Source: Torpedo marmorata | Taxonomy: Eukaryota | Direction: 5' to 3' | Assembly: GCA_977017645.1 (NCBI GenBank) | Contig: OZ360225.1 | Location: forward strand, 15,562,001-15,626,000 | Length of the DNA stretch: 64,000 nt | In this document: positions 1-13,680 of the stretch, one piece after another | Numbering within the stretch: position 1 is the first letter of the stretch | Layout: every line of letters starts with the position of its first letter | Made by a program: the position numbers and the translations under genes | Notes under the pieces: generated by a model | Database searches by the model: none | What the model was told of the DNA's origin: nothing | What the model saw: only the letters and a program-made list of their open reading frames with translations

Positions 1-3000
1 ATCCAGTATTTGGAGATATCAAAGACACTCCAACAGTGAGCAGAGATGTGGGGAGGTCCAAGTCACAGCCTCATCCAAGAATAAAAGGAAGAATCTTTGC
101 CACCACTGTGACAGTTGCAGATAAGGACAATGATAAAGGAACTAAGGAAAAGGAGAGTTTGCCTGCTGTGAAGAGCTGTTTGTTCTGTGGAGGTGGACAT
201 TCTTTGGAGATGTGTCCACGGTTGGAAAAGAGGCACATAGTGAGAAAATCGCTTTCCTAAAAGAAAATGGAGTGTGTTTTGGCTGTCTGTGTAAAGGACA
301 CATCAGCAAAAACTGCAGGAAGCGACTCATCTGCAACATATGCGGTTTAAAGCATTCCAGAATGCTGCATATCCACCAAAGAAAGAAGGAAATGGAAAAG
401 GAGCAAGCAGAAATAAAGGAAGCAGCTGAAAACAGTGCTGTAGCCTCTGTTCTGACAAGTGGTCTTACTGGGGCCGGTAAACATAACTGCAAACTTTCAA
501 TAGTGCCTGTACGCGTCAAGGCCAGGAAGGGGAATGCAACAGTGCATACTTATGCATTTCTTGACCCAGGTAGCACTGCATCATTTTGCACAGTGGGGCT
601 AATGAATAAGCTTAATCTTCAGGGAAGAAGGTCAAGGATTCTATTGAGAACTATGGGTCAAAGGAAGGTCATTCAAACCAGAATTGTTTCAGGCTTAGAG
701 GTCGCTGGACTAGACAGCAGCGATTTCTGTGATCTCCCAGGCATATACACTCAAAAGACTAGGCCTTTGCACAAAGGAAACATCGCACATCTAAACGATA
801 TCGATCGGTGATTTCATCTGAGGAATGTTCATATTCCTGAAATTAGCTCTGAGATAGAGTTGCTGATTGGGTCAGATGTACCAAAGGCTCTGGAACCACT
901 AGATGTAATACGGAGTGTGGGAGATGGACCTTACGGTGTTAAAACCATGGTTGGACAATTAATGGACCATTAGGAGGAAAAAATGCTAATGCTCAGGAGC
1001 AGTCAGCGACAGGTGTCAACAGGATATCAGTTGTGAAACCTGATGAGCTGTGGGAACAGCAGTTCAGGACTGACTTTCCTGAGTGCCTCAGTGACGACCA
1101 AGAACCTTCAAGAGAAGACAAGCAATTCTTGGATTTAGACTCAAAATCTTCCAAGCTAGTCAATGGCCATTATTGCATTGGATTACCTTTAAAGGAAAGA
1201 GAAATATGCATGCCTGACAATAGAAGTGCTGCCGAACAACGTACACGAGAAGATTCAAGAGGGATTCTTCCTTTCATTCGGACGACACCAACTTCATGTC
1301 TGACATGATATCCAAACGTTATACAGAGAAAGTACCAGATGGTGTCTTGGAACGTAGTGATGGCAAAAAATGGTATCTACCACACCATGGGGTTTTGCAT
1401 CCACCAAAGAAAAAACTTTGAGTGGTGTTTGACAGTGGAGCGACATTTTGGGGAGTTTCACTAAATTCTCAGCTCTTACAGGGGCCAGACCTGACCAGTA
1501 TATTGATAGAAGTCTTGGCTAGATTCCGTAAAGAACCTGTTGTCATCACTGCAGACGTTGAAGCAATGTTACACCAGACGAAAGTACCAAATGAAGACCG
1601 TGACTTGTTAAGATTCCTCTGGTGGCCTGATGGAGATTACAGTCAGAACATGGTGGAATACAGAATGACAGTGCATCTATTTGGAGCAACTTCATCTCCA
1701 AGTTGTGCGAACTTTGCCCTTAGGAAGTGTGCTGAGGACAATGTGAAACAGCTTTGCCCTCAGGCAGTAAGCACCATCATGAACAACTTCTATGTGGATG
1801 ACTGCCTCACTTCAGCAGCCTCAGAAGAAGTTGCAATAGCTCTTTATCATGAGCTACGAGCGATTTGTTTCAAGGGAGGCTTTCTACTTACCAAGTGGAT
1901 AAGTAACAGTAGTCATGTGTTGGCTGCCATGCCTGAAACAGAGAGAGCAAAAGAAATGAAGAATCTGGACTTGGACCATGACAACCTTCCTGTGGGGAGG
2001 GTGTTAGGTGTACAATGGTGTGTTCAGTCTGACGTTTTTAAGTTCAAAATTATCTTGAAAGACCGACCCCTCACAAGAAGGGGGATTCTTTCAACAGTCA
2101 GTTCGATATATGATCCCCTAGGAATACTGGCACCAGTAGTCCTGACTGCCAAGAAAATCCTGCAAGATTTGTGTAGGAAAAGGATTGGTTGGGAAGATAC
2201 GATGCCAGACTCCATTATACAGGAATAGATGTGTTGGATTCAGGATCTTCATTAGCTTGACGACTTTAAGGTTGGCAGATGCTTCAAACCCACAAACTTT
2301 GGAACGGTGACATCTGCTCAACTGCATCATTTTGCTGATGCGTGTGAGGACGATTACGGAACTGTTAGTTACCTGTTACTGCATAATAACCATGGTCAGG
2401 CACATTATGGGTTTGTGATGGGAAAAGCAAGAGTGGCTCCATTAAAACCAGTCACTATCCCCCGAATGGAGTTGACTGCTGCCACCATGACGAGCAGAAT
2501 GGACCCAGTGTGGAGAAAAGAGCTGCAGATGGAACTAGCAGACTCCATATTTTGGACCGATAGCATTTCTGTGCTCAAATATATCAACAATAAGACCACA
2601 ATGTTCCGAACTTCGTGGCCAACAGGGTTGCTGAAATTGACAAAGTCTCACATGCACTACAGTGGAGATATGTTAACACAGTTAACAATCCAGCAGACAT
2701 GGCTTCCCGAGGTTTGAAAGTCAAATCTTTTATGAAAAAAGAAATATGGGTGTCGGGGCCTCAGTTTCTTCTTCGGCCTCAGGAAGAGTGGCCTCAAAAT
2801 CCTGATGGATTGGAATAAATCTCACCAAAGGACTCTAAAATCAGGAGCATAACTGTAAATGCTGCTCAGATAACGTCTGAAGAAATGGATCCAGTAACCC
2901 GCTTAATACATTTCTTCTCACCCTGGACTCATTTGAAAAGGGCAGTAGCATGGATGCTTAGACTTAAAGGACTGCTTCTGTATCGTAGCAGAAAGAGGAA

Positions 3001-5071
3001 ACAAGCAAGCGGTGTTCTAGCTCAGCTTCATCCAGATAACATCCATCATAGAGATCTGCCACAAAAGGAGAGAGGAAATCTTGAGACTCAGGAAAACAGT
3101 GGTCTCACAGTTGAAAAACTGGCTAATGCTGAGATGGAGATAATCTGCTTTTGCCAGAAGAAGAGATTTGCAGATGAAATCTCAAGTCTGAGAAAATGAA
3201 TGAATGTTAATAGGACTAGCCACATTCGTAAACTCAACCCCATTCTGGAAAATGATGCATTAAGAGTTGGTGGGCGACTTGGCAGAGCAGCAATGCCAGA
3301 AGAGATGAAATATCCTGTCATATTTCTAATCTAATTCTTCAACATGTTCATAAAGAGGTGGGTCATGGTGGTCGCAACCATATGTTATCCAGACTACACC
3401 AAAAATATTGGATTCCTGGTGCCATTGTGCTAATCAGAAAAATTGTGTCGAAATGTGTTGTTTGTCGATGAATAAATCCTACTCCTGGACAACAGCAGAT
3501 GGCAGATTTGCCTCTGGACAGAGTCTCTCCTGATGAACCTCCCTTCACATATGTTGGAGTTGATTATTTTGGACCCTTTGGAGTGAAGTGTGGAAGGAGT
3601 GTTGTGAAGCGCTATGGTGTTATTTTCACATGTTTAGCTGTAAGAACAATTCACATCGAAATGGCATCATCACTTGACACAGACTCTTTCATCAATGCCC
3701 TTCAGCGTTTTACCACCAGATGTAGTCAAGTGAAAGAACTACGATCTGACAATGGCACCAATTTTGTGGGAGCTCAGCGCGAGTTGAGGGAGGCAATTGA
3801 AAGCTGCAATCAGGGTCGAATCCATAATACACTGCTCCAGAAAGGAATCAATTGGATCTTCCATCCCCCTGCTGGCTCACACCATGGAGGTGTATGGGAA
3901 AGATTAACTAGATAAGTGCGAAAGGTTCTCAATTCCACCCTAAATGTGCAAAGTCTTGACGAGGAGGGTCTCCACATGGTTTTATGTGAAGCTGAGGCTA
4001 TCCTCAACAGTCGTCCAATCACCAAGGCTTCTACAGATCCAAATGACCTTGATGCACTTACCCCGAACCACCTTCTGCTCCTTAAGACTATGCCATCGAT
4101 GCCACCAGGGCAGTTTCAGAAGAAAGCATATATGCTCGTCACAGATGGAGGCAAGTTCAGTATATGTCGGACTTGTTCTGGAAAAGATGGATTAAAGAAT
4201 ATCTTCCCCAACTGCAGGAACGACAGAAATGGTCTAACATCAGACGCAACTTCACACCAGGAGACATCGTGATCATCATGGATGACTCAGTGCCTCGAAA
4301 CTCCTGGCTAACTGGAAAAATTGTTGAGACCAATCTGGACAAAAAGGGGCTTGTACATCATGTTCAGATCAAGACCAAAACCGGCTTTCTGAACAGACCC
4401 ATCAACAAAGTCTGCCTTCTGTAGGAGACAGAGGAACTTTGACAAGCCCAGAACTGACTTTATTTTTGTTGTTTTTTGGACCTTGCCCCTTGCCACTACA
4501 CAGACTACAGACTTTACTGGTCCAGAGTGGTGGTAAATATCACTCTTTTTCAAGGCTAGCAATCTCTGGCCTTATGAAGTATGAAGAAAGAAGATCTACA
4601 TAATATTGGAATGTACTGTGTTTGATTGTTATTTATAATTGTGTAATTATTATTTGAGACATAATAATTAGGGGCCGGTATTGTAGGAGCCAAAAGGTGC
4701 GTTGTTTGTGGTCGATGGTTTGGCTGCGGGCGTCAGCGGCGTCCCGGGGTTCGGAGGCTGCGCGCGTTCTGTTGCTGCCGGTGCGCACGCGCTATTCACT
4801 GCGAATGGTTTGCACATGCGCGCGGGTTTCGCGGGAGTTGGATTTTAGTTAGCCTGTGTTGACTGGTATGGCGGAATAGACCGTGGGTTAGTAGGGCTCC
4901 GATATTTTCTGTTGACCGTTAGTCACGTTCGCAAGAACGTTATCGTTACCAGGTTCATGGACGTTACCATATTACAATGATCATTACCACATTATGAGTC
5001 CTTTTGTGTTCACTAATAAACAGTTTAAAGCGCATCTGGACTTCGTTATGAATTTATTCGAATGCGTCACA
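1..5071 (+). mobile_element. BEL/Pao LTR retrotransposon (degenerate; 5' part outside the window)
   Basis: Frameshifted ORFs in the order: three gag Cys/His knuckles (CLFCGGGHSLEMC, CFGCLCKGHISKNC, CNICGLKH), protease (YAFLDPGS), RT (LLQGPDL...FYVDD), RNase H (LHHFADA), integrase (SDNGTNF, GGVWER) and the BEL C-terminal FWKRW domain. Then PPT AGGGGCCGG and a 3' LTR. Confidence 0.95.
4682..5071 (+). repeat. 3' LTR of first BEL element
   Basis: Begins TGTAGG immediately after the PPT, has AATAAA at 5015-5020 and ends ...GTCACA. The right end is inferred because the 5' LTR is not in the window. Confidence 0.75.
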
Positions 5072-5861
5072 GTAAAGAGCCCACTTAGCCTGCATCAGGA
5101 CTAATGAAGGTTTTGACCTGAAATGTTGACAAACCATTTTTCTTCACAGATGCTGCTTGGCTCACTGGGTTTTTCTAGCCTTCTACTTCCTTTGGCCAAT
5201 AATGAGAATGGTATCAAGCAATGATGAGTAATACGTTTATTAATCCAGTCTGTCGATGATGTTCACAAAGTTTAGTGTTGTTATTGCATTGATTACAGTT
5301 TTGATTATTGCTCATGAGCAAAATCTCATTCAATCATATGTTTCCATTCTAGTCTCTGACATCCCCTTGTATGTCTTCATGCTGATCTCATTTCGTAGTG
5401 ACTCATTTCCATTGTATTGTTATTAGGTGACACATTACTGAAAAGTCATGTCATAATTTGAATGTTTGCCTGTGTGTGACAATAGAAATATGCATGGATG
5501 AAATATAAGGGAATTTAAAATTGAAGCATGAAACTTACGGTAACTGCAAGTTTATAAGATTTCTTTACATTTGGAACCAGTCACATTGTCTGTCTCCACA
5601 TAGAAGCATGGATGGGAAATTTGATTGCAGTCAAAATTGTGAAGGGACTAAATTTTGTTCTTGCTGACTGTTGTGGAGCAAGAGCCTCATGCACAATCTC
5701 TTCTCAGATCAAAGGCAAACATTTATTCAGTGAATCTTTCTCCTGGTGATCTGGTGCATGGAATGCATCTTAAGGACTTGGTCAACATGGATGATACCAG
5801 GAGGAAGAGCATTATCTCTGCAATCATTATTAGGGGACAAGGGGGAGCATTTATCTATTTA

Positions 5862-7040
5862 TTTATTTAATTTAGACATACAGCACGGTAACAGGCCCTT
5901 CTGGACCACAAACCGTGCTGTCCAAATACTCCAATTAACCTACAAACCCCATACATTTTTGTTGTATTCAGAATGGGTTTAACGGGTTCAAAGAGAATCA
6001 AGGCTGGACATGTGTTATAAAAAACAGTTGTCTTTATTTACACACAGGGGAATTCACAAAACAGGCGCACACTGACAGACTAATGTACACAGCACACAAG
6101 CACGGTATACCGAGAAATGAGGGTTTAACTTTCTCAGCACCCACCACCCACAGGCAGGGTATACCGAGGAACGAGGGTTTAACTTGTTCAGCACCCACTA
6201 CCCACAGGCACGGTGTGCTGAGAAACGAGGGTTTAACTTTTTCAGCACCCACCATCCACAGGCACAGTATACCGTGTAACAAATAAATGAGTACATACAC
6301 ATAAACCTGGTCTCCAGTGTAGCCCCTGCTCGGGATCTGGGATGGGCCCATTGCAGTCGGCCCTCCAGAGCTGCCTGCAGCATGGATCTCAGCAATAGTC
6401 ATAATTAACAAGTACAGGCATATAAACCTGGTTTCCAGCATCGACCACGGCTTGGGATCCGCGACGGGCCCATTGCAGTTGGCCCTCTGAAGCTGCCTGC
6501 AGCCTGGAGCTCAGCAATAGTCACAACTAACAAGTACATACATATAAACCTGGTTTCCAGCATCGACCACGGCTCGCGATCCAGGACTGGCCCATTTCAA
6601 TCATCCCTCTAGAGCTGCCTGCAGCCTGGGCTTCAGGAGTGGTTTGAAGGCAGCAGCAAACAAAGAGAGAGAGATAGAGACTGCACATGCGACTTTTTCA
6701 ATGCAGAATCCATCCACGTCAGCTGCCAGGGCCAATCACGCTTCAGCCTCACAGGTAGGCAGATCTTGATTGGCAGGTGAGGTAACTTCCGACTAGGCTC
6801 CAGCCGGAGAGGTCACATGACCCTCTGCAATCTACAATCCCACCAGCTTCCAGACGGAGAGGCCACATGACCCTCCACAATCCACACTACAATTTTGAAG
6901 GGTGGGAAGAAACTGGAGCACCCGGAGGAAACCCATGCAGACATGGGGAGAATGTACACACACCTTACAGATGGCGCTGGATTCGAATCCAGTTCACTGT
7001 CGCTGTAATAGCATTGTGCTAACCGCTGCGCTAACCGTGG
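5862..7040 (-). mobile_element. tRNA-derived V-SINE (HE1-like), split by a solo LTR
   Basis: V-domain (reverse complement of ...TCTCCCCATGTCTGCATGGGTTTCCTCCGGGTGCTCC...), B-box-like GGATTCGAATCC and a CR1-like 3' tail. The halves are 5862-5959 and 6892-7040. Confidence 0.8.
5960..6891 (-). mobile_element. Solo LTR with internal tandem repeats
   Basis: TGTTGT...ACTACA termini with a 5-bp TSD ATTTT (5955-5959 / 6892-6896). The flanks rejoin into an intact SINE. It contains ~58-bp x3 and ~121-bp x3 repeats. Orientation comes only from a minus-strand AATAAA. Confidence 0.8.
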
Positions 7041-7659
7041 TCTCTCTTGTCTTGTGCTCTTTGCACAAATTAGGGCTGACATATTAAGGTGGTATTAAAA
7101 ACAATGACATGCACTATACTTTATAATAACTATGTAAATTAACCCTGCAGTTGTTCCATCCCATAACGTTAGTTTGATAAACCAGGAGCTGTAATTATAA
7201 ATAATGCAAGGTCAAACATGGGTTAGATGTCAGGTGGTTCCAATATGACTAGCAAACTATAGTTTGCACAACAAAGTGTTTCATAATGCAGTTCCTTTAA
7301 ATGTTGATTAGCTATCAACCCAGCAAACTTGGAAGCAAAAATATCAATATTTTTAATCCTAGTTACCCTGAGCACAAAGATGCAATTTTGTTGGTTATAG
7401 TACCTTTATCCACGGTACTGTATTTATGAAAAAGTAAAAAAATGATAATGCGGAGCACGATGCAGTAAAAACTGTTATTGCAAGGTCATCTGGCCTTGTA
7501 GTATAGTGGGCATCTTAGATCTCTCTTCAAAGCAGTCATGTTCTTAATTTATTTGAGAGAGCTTCTAAGGTTTGCTATAGGAAGACCAAGGAAGTGCAGG
7601 AACACATGAAGAAAGTGCACCAAGATCCTGAATTTAATGCAGCAAGACGAAAGTAGATA

Positions 7660-8385
7660 TGGTAAAACCCCTGGTATCCGGCACCTATGGGGTTCGGCCG
7701 GATAAGTGTATTTTCTGGTTGCTTGGGACTTACTCTTACAATACCTAACTAATACACCTATAAGAATAAACAGTTTAAAAGACAAAAGATAAAAATACTA
7801 TACTGTACTTACACTGATTAAACTTCACTTGCATGAATATATAAACCTTAAAATATTTTACTTTATTTTCAGTCACATTCTTTGAAAACATTTAACCGTC
7901 GCTGCATCTGCAGGTTCCTCCCCCTCACGGAGCTGCCCGAAAGATGACAATTACATTCTAGATAATTAACCCCCCCTCCCCCATGTTTACAGGTAAAGCC
8001 TCTGACCATGGCGACTCTTACTAAGCAGGGATAAGGAGACACTTTAAGAGAGTCACCCCAACGTCGAGCAGCATCAACCAGCTCTTCATCCTGAGCAACG
8101 CCATTCTATTCAAACATAACTTTATTCAAACTTTATTCAAACAGCTGCTACGAGCAAAACATGACCAAGGCACTCCACTGGCTGAATGTTTGCTCCCATC
8201 TTCAACAAAGGTTTATGTGTTACTTCAGAGAACATTTACTTTCACAATTTTAAATTTAAGTATTTTTACCTGTTATTTTATTCAGATTTATTTAAATTTT
8301 TAAAATTTATTTTCCTCAATTTTTTTTTTTGCCAGTTGCTTGAGGCTGCTGGTTGCTTGAATTCCGGATACCAGGGGTTTTACAG
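7660..8385. mobile_element. Non-autonomous pogo/Tigger-type DNA transposon (MITE)
   Basis: Perfect 20-bp inverted repeat GTAAAACCCCTGGTATCCGG (7662-7681 / 8364-8383) with TA at both flanks. No transposase ORF. Confidence 0.85.
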
Positions 8386-8639
8386 TATAAACAAAGATTC
8401 CATTATTTGTGTTAGATATTTGGACAATTGGCATATGTGATTAACCAGCATATGTCTATTCTGGACTATACTGATCATAAGCTTTTACAGTAAAGGTCAT
8501 TTTAATAAATGCTACTATCAACAAATGTAAGACAATTTAAGACACAAGCCAGACTTGAGAAAGCAAGTTATTTGTACCTAGATTCATAATGTGACATCCA
8601 AAACAAAGGACATTTCAGCATACGTGAGGCTAATACCTG

Positions 8640-8935
8640 AGATTATCAGAGCCAGCACCACCAGGCTGAGGAACAGCTTCTTCCCACGGGCAACGAGAAT
8701 GCTGAACGACCAAAGGGACTGCTCACACTAACCATCCGAGACTCTCATATTCATGAAGCAATGTTTATTTATTTATTTGTAAAGGTGAAATACTTGTCAT
8801 GCATATGTATTGCTTGTCTGTATGTGTGTTATGTCTGGTTGTGTGTCTGCATGTTTTGCACCGAGGACCGTAGAACGCTGTTTCATCGGGTTGTACTGGT
8901 GCAATCAGATGACAATAAACTTGACTTGACTTGAC
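8640..8935 (+). mobile_element. Rex1/Babar LINE 3' end fragment
   Basis: Encodes TTRLRNSFFP..RMLN, followed by a 3' UTR, AATAAA and a (CTTGA)n tail. The same family occurs on the minus strand at ~18520-18725. Confidence 0.7.
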
Positions 8936-9069
8936 TAATTCTTGCAATCTTTGAGTAAAGTTAAAATTTCATTCAATAATTGCGTGGTATTTAGAAATTG
9001 TATTTGACTTTTTAGCAAATGTTGCACATATTCAGATAGTAAAGTTTACCGGTTTCAGTAACTGCAACA

Positions 9070-10400
9070 GAAGAGCATAAACAGAAGAAATAGGAGCAGG
9101 CAATTTGGCCCATCGAGTCTGTTCTACCATTCAATAAGGTCATGGTTGATCAGGCTGTGGACTCAGCTGCACCTACCTATCTGCTTCCCATAACCCTTAA
9201 TTGCCCTACCATTCAAAAATCTATCTATGTTTCTTAAATACATTCAGCCTCTACTCCTTCCTTGGGCAGACAATACAACAGATTCTCTACTCTCTGGAAA
9301 AGCACTTCCTCCTTTTCTGTCTTAAATCTACTCCCCCGAATCGAGTTCTGGTCTCGCCTGCCAGTGGAAATTACCTCCTTGCTTCAATGTAATCCATTCC
9401 TTTCATAAATCTCTACAAGATCCCCTATCATTCTTCTAAACTCCAATGAGTTTAGTGCAAGGCCATTTCAAGATTAAGATTATTTTATTGTCATGTAATA
9501 AAACATAAAATGTAATATTACACAAAATTTCCTTTAGACTACATTAAGGCAGCCATAGATTTGCCATCTGCAGAAATTGCCCGCGCCCCTTACAGACAGA
9601 CAAAGAGAAGCAGAAGAGAGTCCTCTCAGAGTCACTGAGTGTCCATGGATTTGCTTCCGATGCTCCCGCAGCCTTCACAGCCACACAGACTTCAGTTCAA
9701 ACCATCGGCAACCCGAGCTCCAAACCCCTGACATGATCAGGAAGCTCTCGGCACCTTCTTGCACCTCGGTTCCAATACCTAGTACCCCTTCAGCCAAACC
9801 TGAGCCAGTCTCCAGCAGTCTGCAGCCTGGTGCGATTCCCTTGATTGCAGTCACTTGCAGCCCGCAGACTGTGTGGGTTCCTCACCTCGTGCCACCAACA
9901 GCATATGTGTTCTTCAGCCTCTGAGCCCGTCGCTGGTCCTCTGCTTCTCCTTCTCAAACAGAGGGTGTTATCCCCGTTTTCTGGTGCCCTGCACCAGTCC
10001 TCTGCTTCCTTGGAGTCTGCAACCCCTCATCACCGCTGCCGAACACAGGTGCCGCCATCTTGTACCGAGACCCCGTAGTCACAGGTGTCCTCGCATCCTC
10101 ATAAGATAATCCCATTCATTTCCAGAATCAACATGGTGAACCTCTTCTGCAACTTCTCCAAAGACAGTATATCCTTTATCAAGTAAGGAGACGAGAACTG
10201 CACACAGTTACTCCAGTTGCAGTCTCACCAGTAACCTATAGAGGTGCAGCAAAACCTCCCTGCTCTTAAATTCAATTCCTCTAGCAATAAAGGCCAACAT
10301 CCTGTTGGCATTTCTGATCACCTGCTGCAATAGATAACTTTCTGTGATTCATGTACAAGCACTCTCAGGTCTTTGCACGACAGCATTCTGCAATCTCTCA
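9070..10400 (-). mobile_element. Old CR1 LINE 3' region (interrupted at 9467-10087; continues at ~13681-13790)
   Basis: Degenerate similarity to the CR1 RT C-terminus and 3' UTR. Confidence 0.6.
9467..10087 (-). mobile_element. GC-rich non-autonomous retroposon, copy 1 (5'-truncated)
   Basis: Aligns by eye with the copies at 21703, 34255, 39942, 41573 and 58685. Ends CATGACAATAAA plus an (AATCTT)n-like tail. Confidence 0.8.
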
Positions 10401-10402
10401 TC

Positions 10403-13400
10403 ATAACCATATAACCATATAACAATTACAGCACGGTAACAGGCCATTAGGCCCTTCTAGTCCGCACCGAACCAAACACTCCTCTCTAGTCCCACCTACC
10501 TGCACCCTGCCCAAACCCTCCACCTCCTTCTCATCCATATACCTGTCCAACTTTTTCTTAAATAATAAAATTGACTGCCGCCACTACTTCTCCCGGAAGC
10601 TCATTCTACACTGCTACCACTCTCTGAGTAAAGAAGTTCCCCCTCATGTTACCTCTAAACCTCTGCCCCTTAACTCTTAACTCATGTCCTCTTGTTTTAA
10701 TCTCTCCTACTCTTAACGGAAATAGTCTATCCACATCCACTCTGTCTATCCCTTTCATAATCTTAAATACCTCTATCAAATCCCCTCTCAACCTTCTATG
10801 CTCCAAAGAATAAAGACCTAATATGCTCAATCTCTCCTTGTACTCTAGATGCTTAAACCCAGGTAACATTCTGGTAAATCTTCTCTGCACTCTCTCCACT
10901 CTGTTGATAACCTTCCTATAATTTGGCGACCAGAACTGCACACAGAACTCTAAATTAGGCCACCACAACGCCTTATATAATCTCAACATAACTTCCCAAC
11001 TCCTATATTCTATGCAATGATTGATAAAGACCAGCATACTAAAAGCCTTCTTCACCACCCTATTCACATGAGTTTCTACCTTCAGGGAACGATGCACCAT
11101 ATTTCCTAAATCTTTCTGCTCTTCTGTATTCATCAATGCTCTCCCATTTACTACGTATGTCCTGTTCAGATTCTTCTTACCAAAATGAAGCACCTCACAC
11201 TTATCAGCATTAAACTCCATCTGCCATTTTTCTGCCCACTTTTCTAAGCAGCCCAAATCCCTCTGCAATCCTTGAAAACCTTCTTCATTATCCACTATTC
11301 CACCTATCTTAGTATCATCTGTATATTTACTAATCCAGTTTACCACCCCATCATCTAGATCATTGATATATATAACGAACAACAATGGGCCCAATACAGA
11401 TCCCTGAGGCACACCGCTGGTCACCGGCCTCCAACCTGACAGACAATTATCCACTACCACTCTCTGGCCTCTCCCTTCCAGCCAATGTTCAATCCATTTG
11501 ACTATCTCAGAATTTATACCTAAAGACTGCACCTTCCTAACTAACCTTCCATGCGGGACCTTATCGAAGGCCTTACTGAAGTCCATATAGACAACATCCA
11601 CTGCGCTACCCTCATCCACATTCCTAGTCACCTCTTCAAAAAATTCAATCAGATTGGTCAAACAGGACCTTCCGCTCACAAATCCGTGTTGAGCGTTCCT
11701 GATCAGAACCTGTCTATCCAGATATTTATAAGTACTATCTCTGAGAACTTTCTCCATTAATTTACCTACCACAGACGTCAAACTTACAGGCCGATAATTG
11801 CCAGGCTTCCTCCTTGAACCCTTTTTAAATAACGGAACCACATGCGCAATACGCCAATCCTCCGGCACTATCCCCATCTCTAATGACATTTGGAAAATCA
11901 CCGTCAGAGCCTCTGCTATTTCCTCCCTTATTTCTCTCAAGGTCCTGGGGAAGATCCCGTCGGGTCCCGGAGACTTATCCACCTTTATATGCCTCAAAAG
12001 CCCTAACACTACATCTTTCGTAATCCCTATATTCTCCATATTTACCCAATTTGCTTTTTTTATCTCGCATATCTCAATATCCTTCTCCTTGGTGAATACC
12101 GAAGAAAAAAAACTGTTCAATATCTCCCCCATTTCTCTAGGCTCCACACACAGTTTTCTGCTCTGATTCTCTAAGGGACCAATTTTGTCCCTCGCTTTCC
12201 TTTTACCATTAACGTATTTGTAGAAACCTTTTGGATTAATTTTCACCCTGCTTGCTATAGTCTCCTCGTACCTTCTTTTAGCTTTCCTAATTCCTCTCTT
12301 AAGATTCCTTTTACATTCAATGTATTTTTCAAACATCTCCTTAATTCCATGCTTCTTATACTTAATGTACGCCTCCCTTTTTTTTCGAACCAAGTTTTCA
12401 ATATTCCTCGAAAACCACGGCTCTTTCAAACCTTTTGCCCCTCCTTTTAACCTAACAGGAACATAAAGCTTTTGCACTCTCAAAATCTGATCTTTAAAAG
12501 ACTTCCATCTCTCTACTACATCCTGCCCATAAAACAAATTGTCCCAATGCATACCCTGTAAGTCCTTTCGCATCTCCTCAAATCTAGCTTTTCCCCAATC
12601 AAAAACCTCAACCCTTGGCCCTGATTTATCTCTTTCCATAATGACATTGAAGCTGATGGCATTATGATCACTGGACCCGAAGTGCTCGCCAACACAAACC
12701 TCCGTCACTTGACCTATCTCATTTGCCAACAGTAGATCTAACACTGCTCCTTCTCTGGTCGGTACCTCTACATATTGTTGTAAAAAACTATCCTGCACAC
12801 ATTTCACAAACTCCAACCCATCCAGCCCTTTCACAGAATGTGTTTCCCAATCTATATGTGGGAAATTAAAATCTCCCATAATTACAACCCTGTGCTTATC
12901 ACAAATATCCACTATCTCCCTACAGATTTGCTCCTCTAGGTCTCGGTCCCCTCCGGGTGGTCTATAATACACCCCTACAAGTGTAACTTCTCCTTTTCCA
13001 CTCCTCAGTTCTACCCAAATAGCCTCCGTGGACGAGCCCTCTAATCTATCCTGCCTAAGCACCGCTGTAATATTCTCCCTGACAAGCAATGCAACACCAC
13101 CTCCTCTTGCCCCTCCGACTCTATCACACCTAAAGCAACGAAACCCAGGGATATTCAGCTGCCAATCACATCCCTCCTGCAATCATGTCTCACTAATCGC
13201 TACCACATCATACTTCCAAGTATCAATCCACACCTTCAGCTCATCCACCTTTTTTACAATACTCCTGGCATTAAAATATATGAATTTCAGAGATTTCCCA
13301 CTTCTTAATCTCTGTTTGCCCTCATCTTTAGTAACAACATTATTTACTTTTTCTGCCAATTGCCCTTCATCTTCATCCAGAGCATTTCCCTTCTCTATCA

Positions 13401-13680
13401 CCTGCCCATCCATATTCAAACACTGACTACAAACTTTCTCTGTTTGCATTCTAACCTTCTCATTACTGCTCGGTACTATTTTGCTCCCTCCCCCCAACCA
13501 TTCTAGTTTAAAGGATCCTGAGTAGCCCTAGCAAATACCCCTGCCAGGATCCTGGTCCCCCTGGGATTCAAGTGTAACCGTCCTTACTGTACAGGTCACA
13601 TCTTCCCCAAAAAAAGGTCCCAGTGATCCAGTAACTTGAAACCCTGCCCCTTACTCCACCCCTTCAGCCACGTGTTAATA
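10403..13680 (-). mobile_element. Young CR1 LINE (end of ORF1 esterase plus nearly intact APE-RT ORF2)
   Basis: ORF1 end LHLNPRGTRILAG...LN*. ORF2 13497-10606 has FNARS, GDFN, SDH, PGPDG, DFSKAFD, PQGSVLGP and YTDD, with premature stops at 13183 and 10606. (TTATATGG)n tail. Confidence 0.97.

Noticed and set aside
11551-13426. Antisense ORFs repeated at 15487-17271
   Set aside because: They are shadows of CR1 ORF2 and are repeated only because the two CR1 copies are near-identical.
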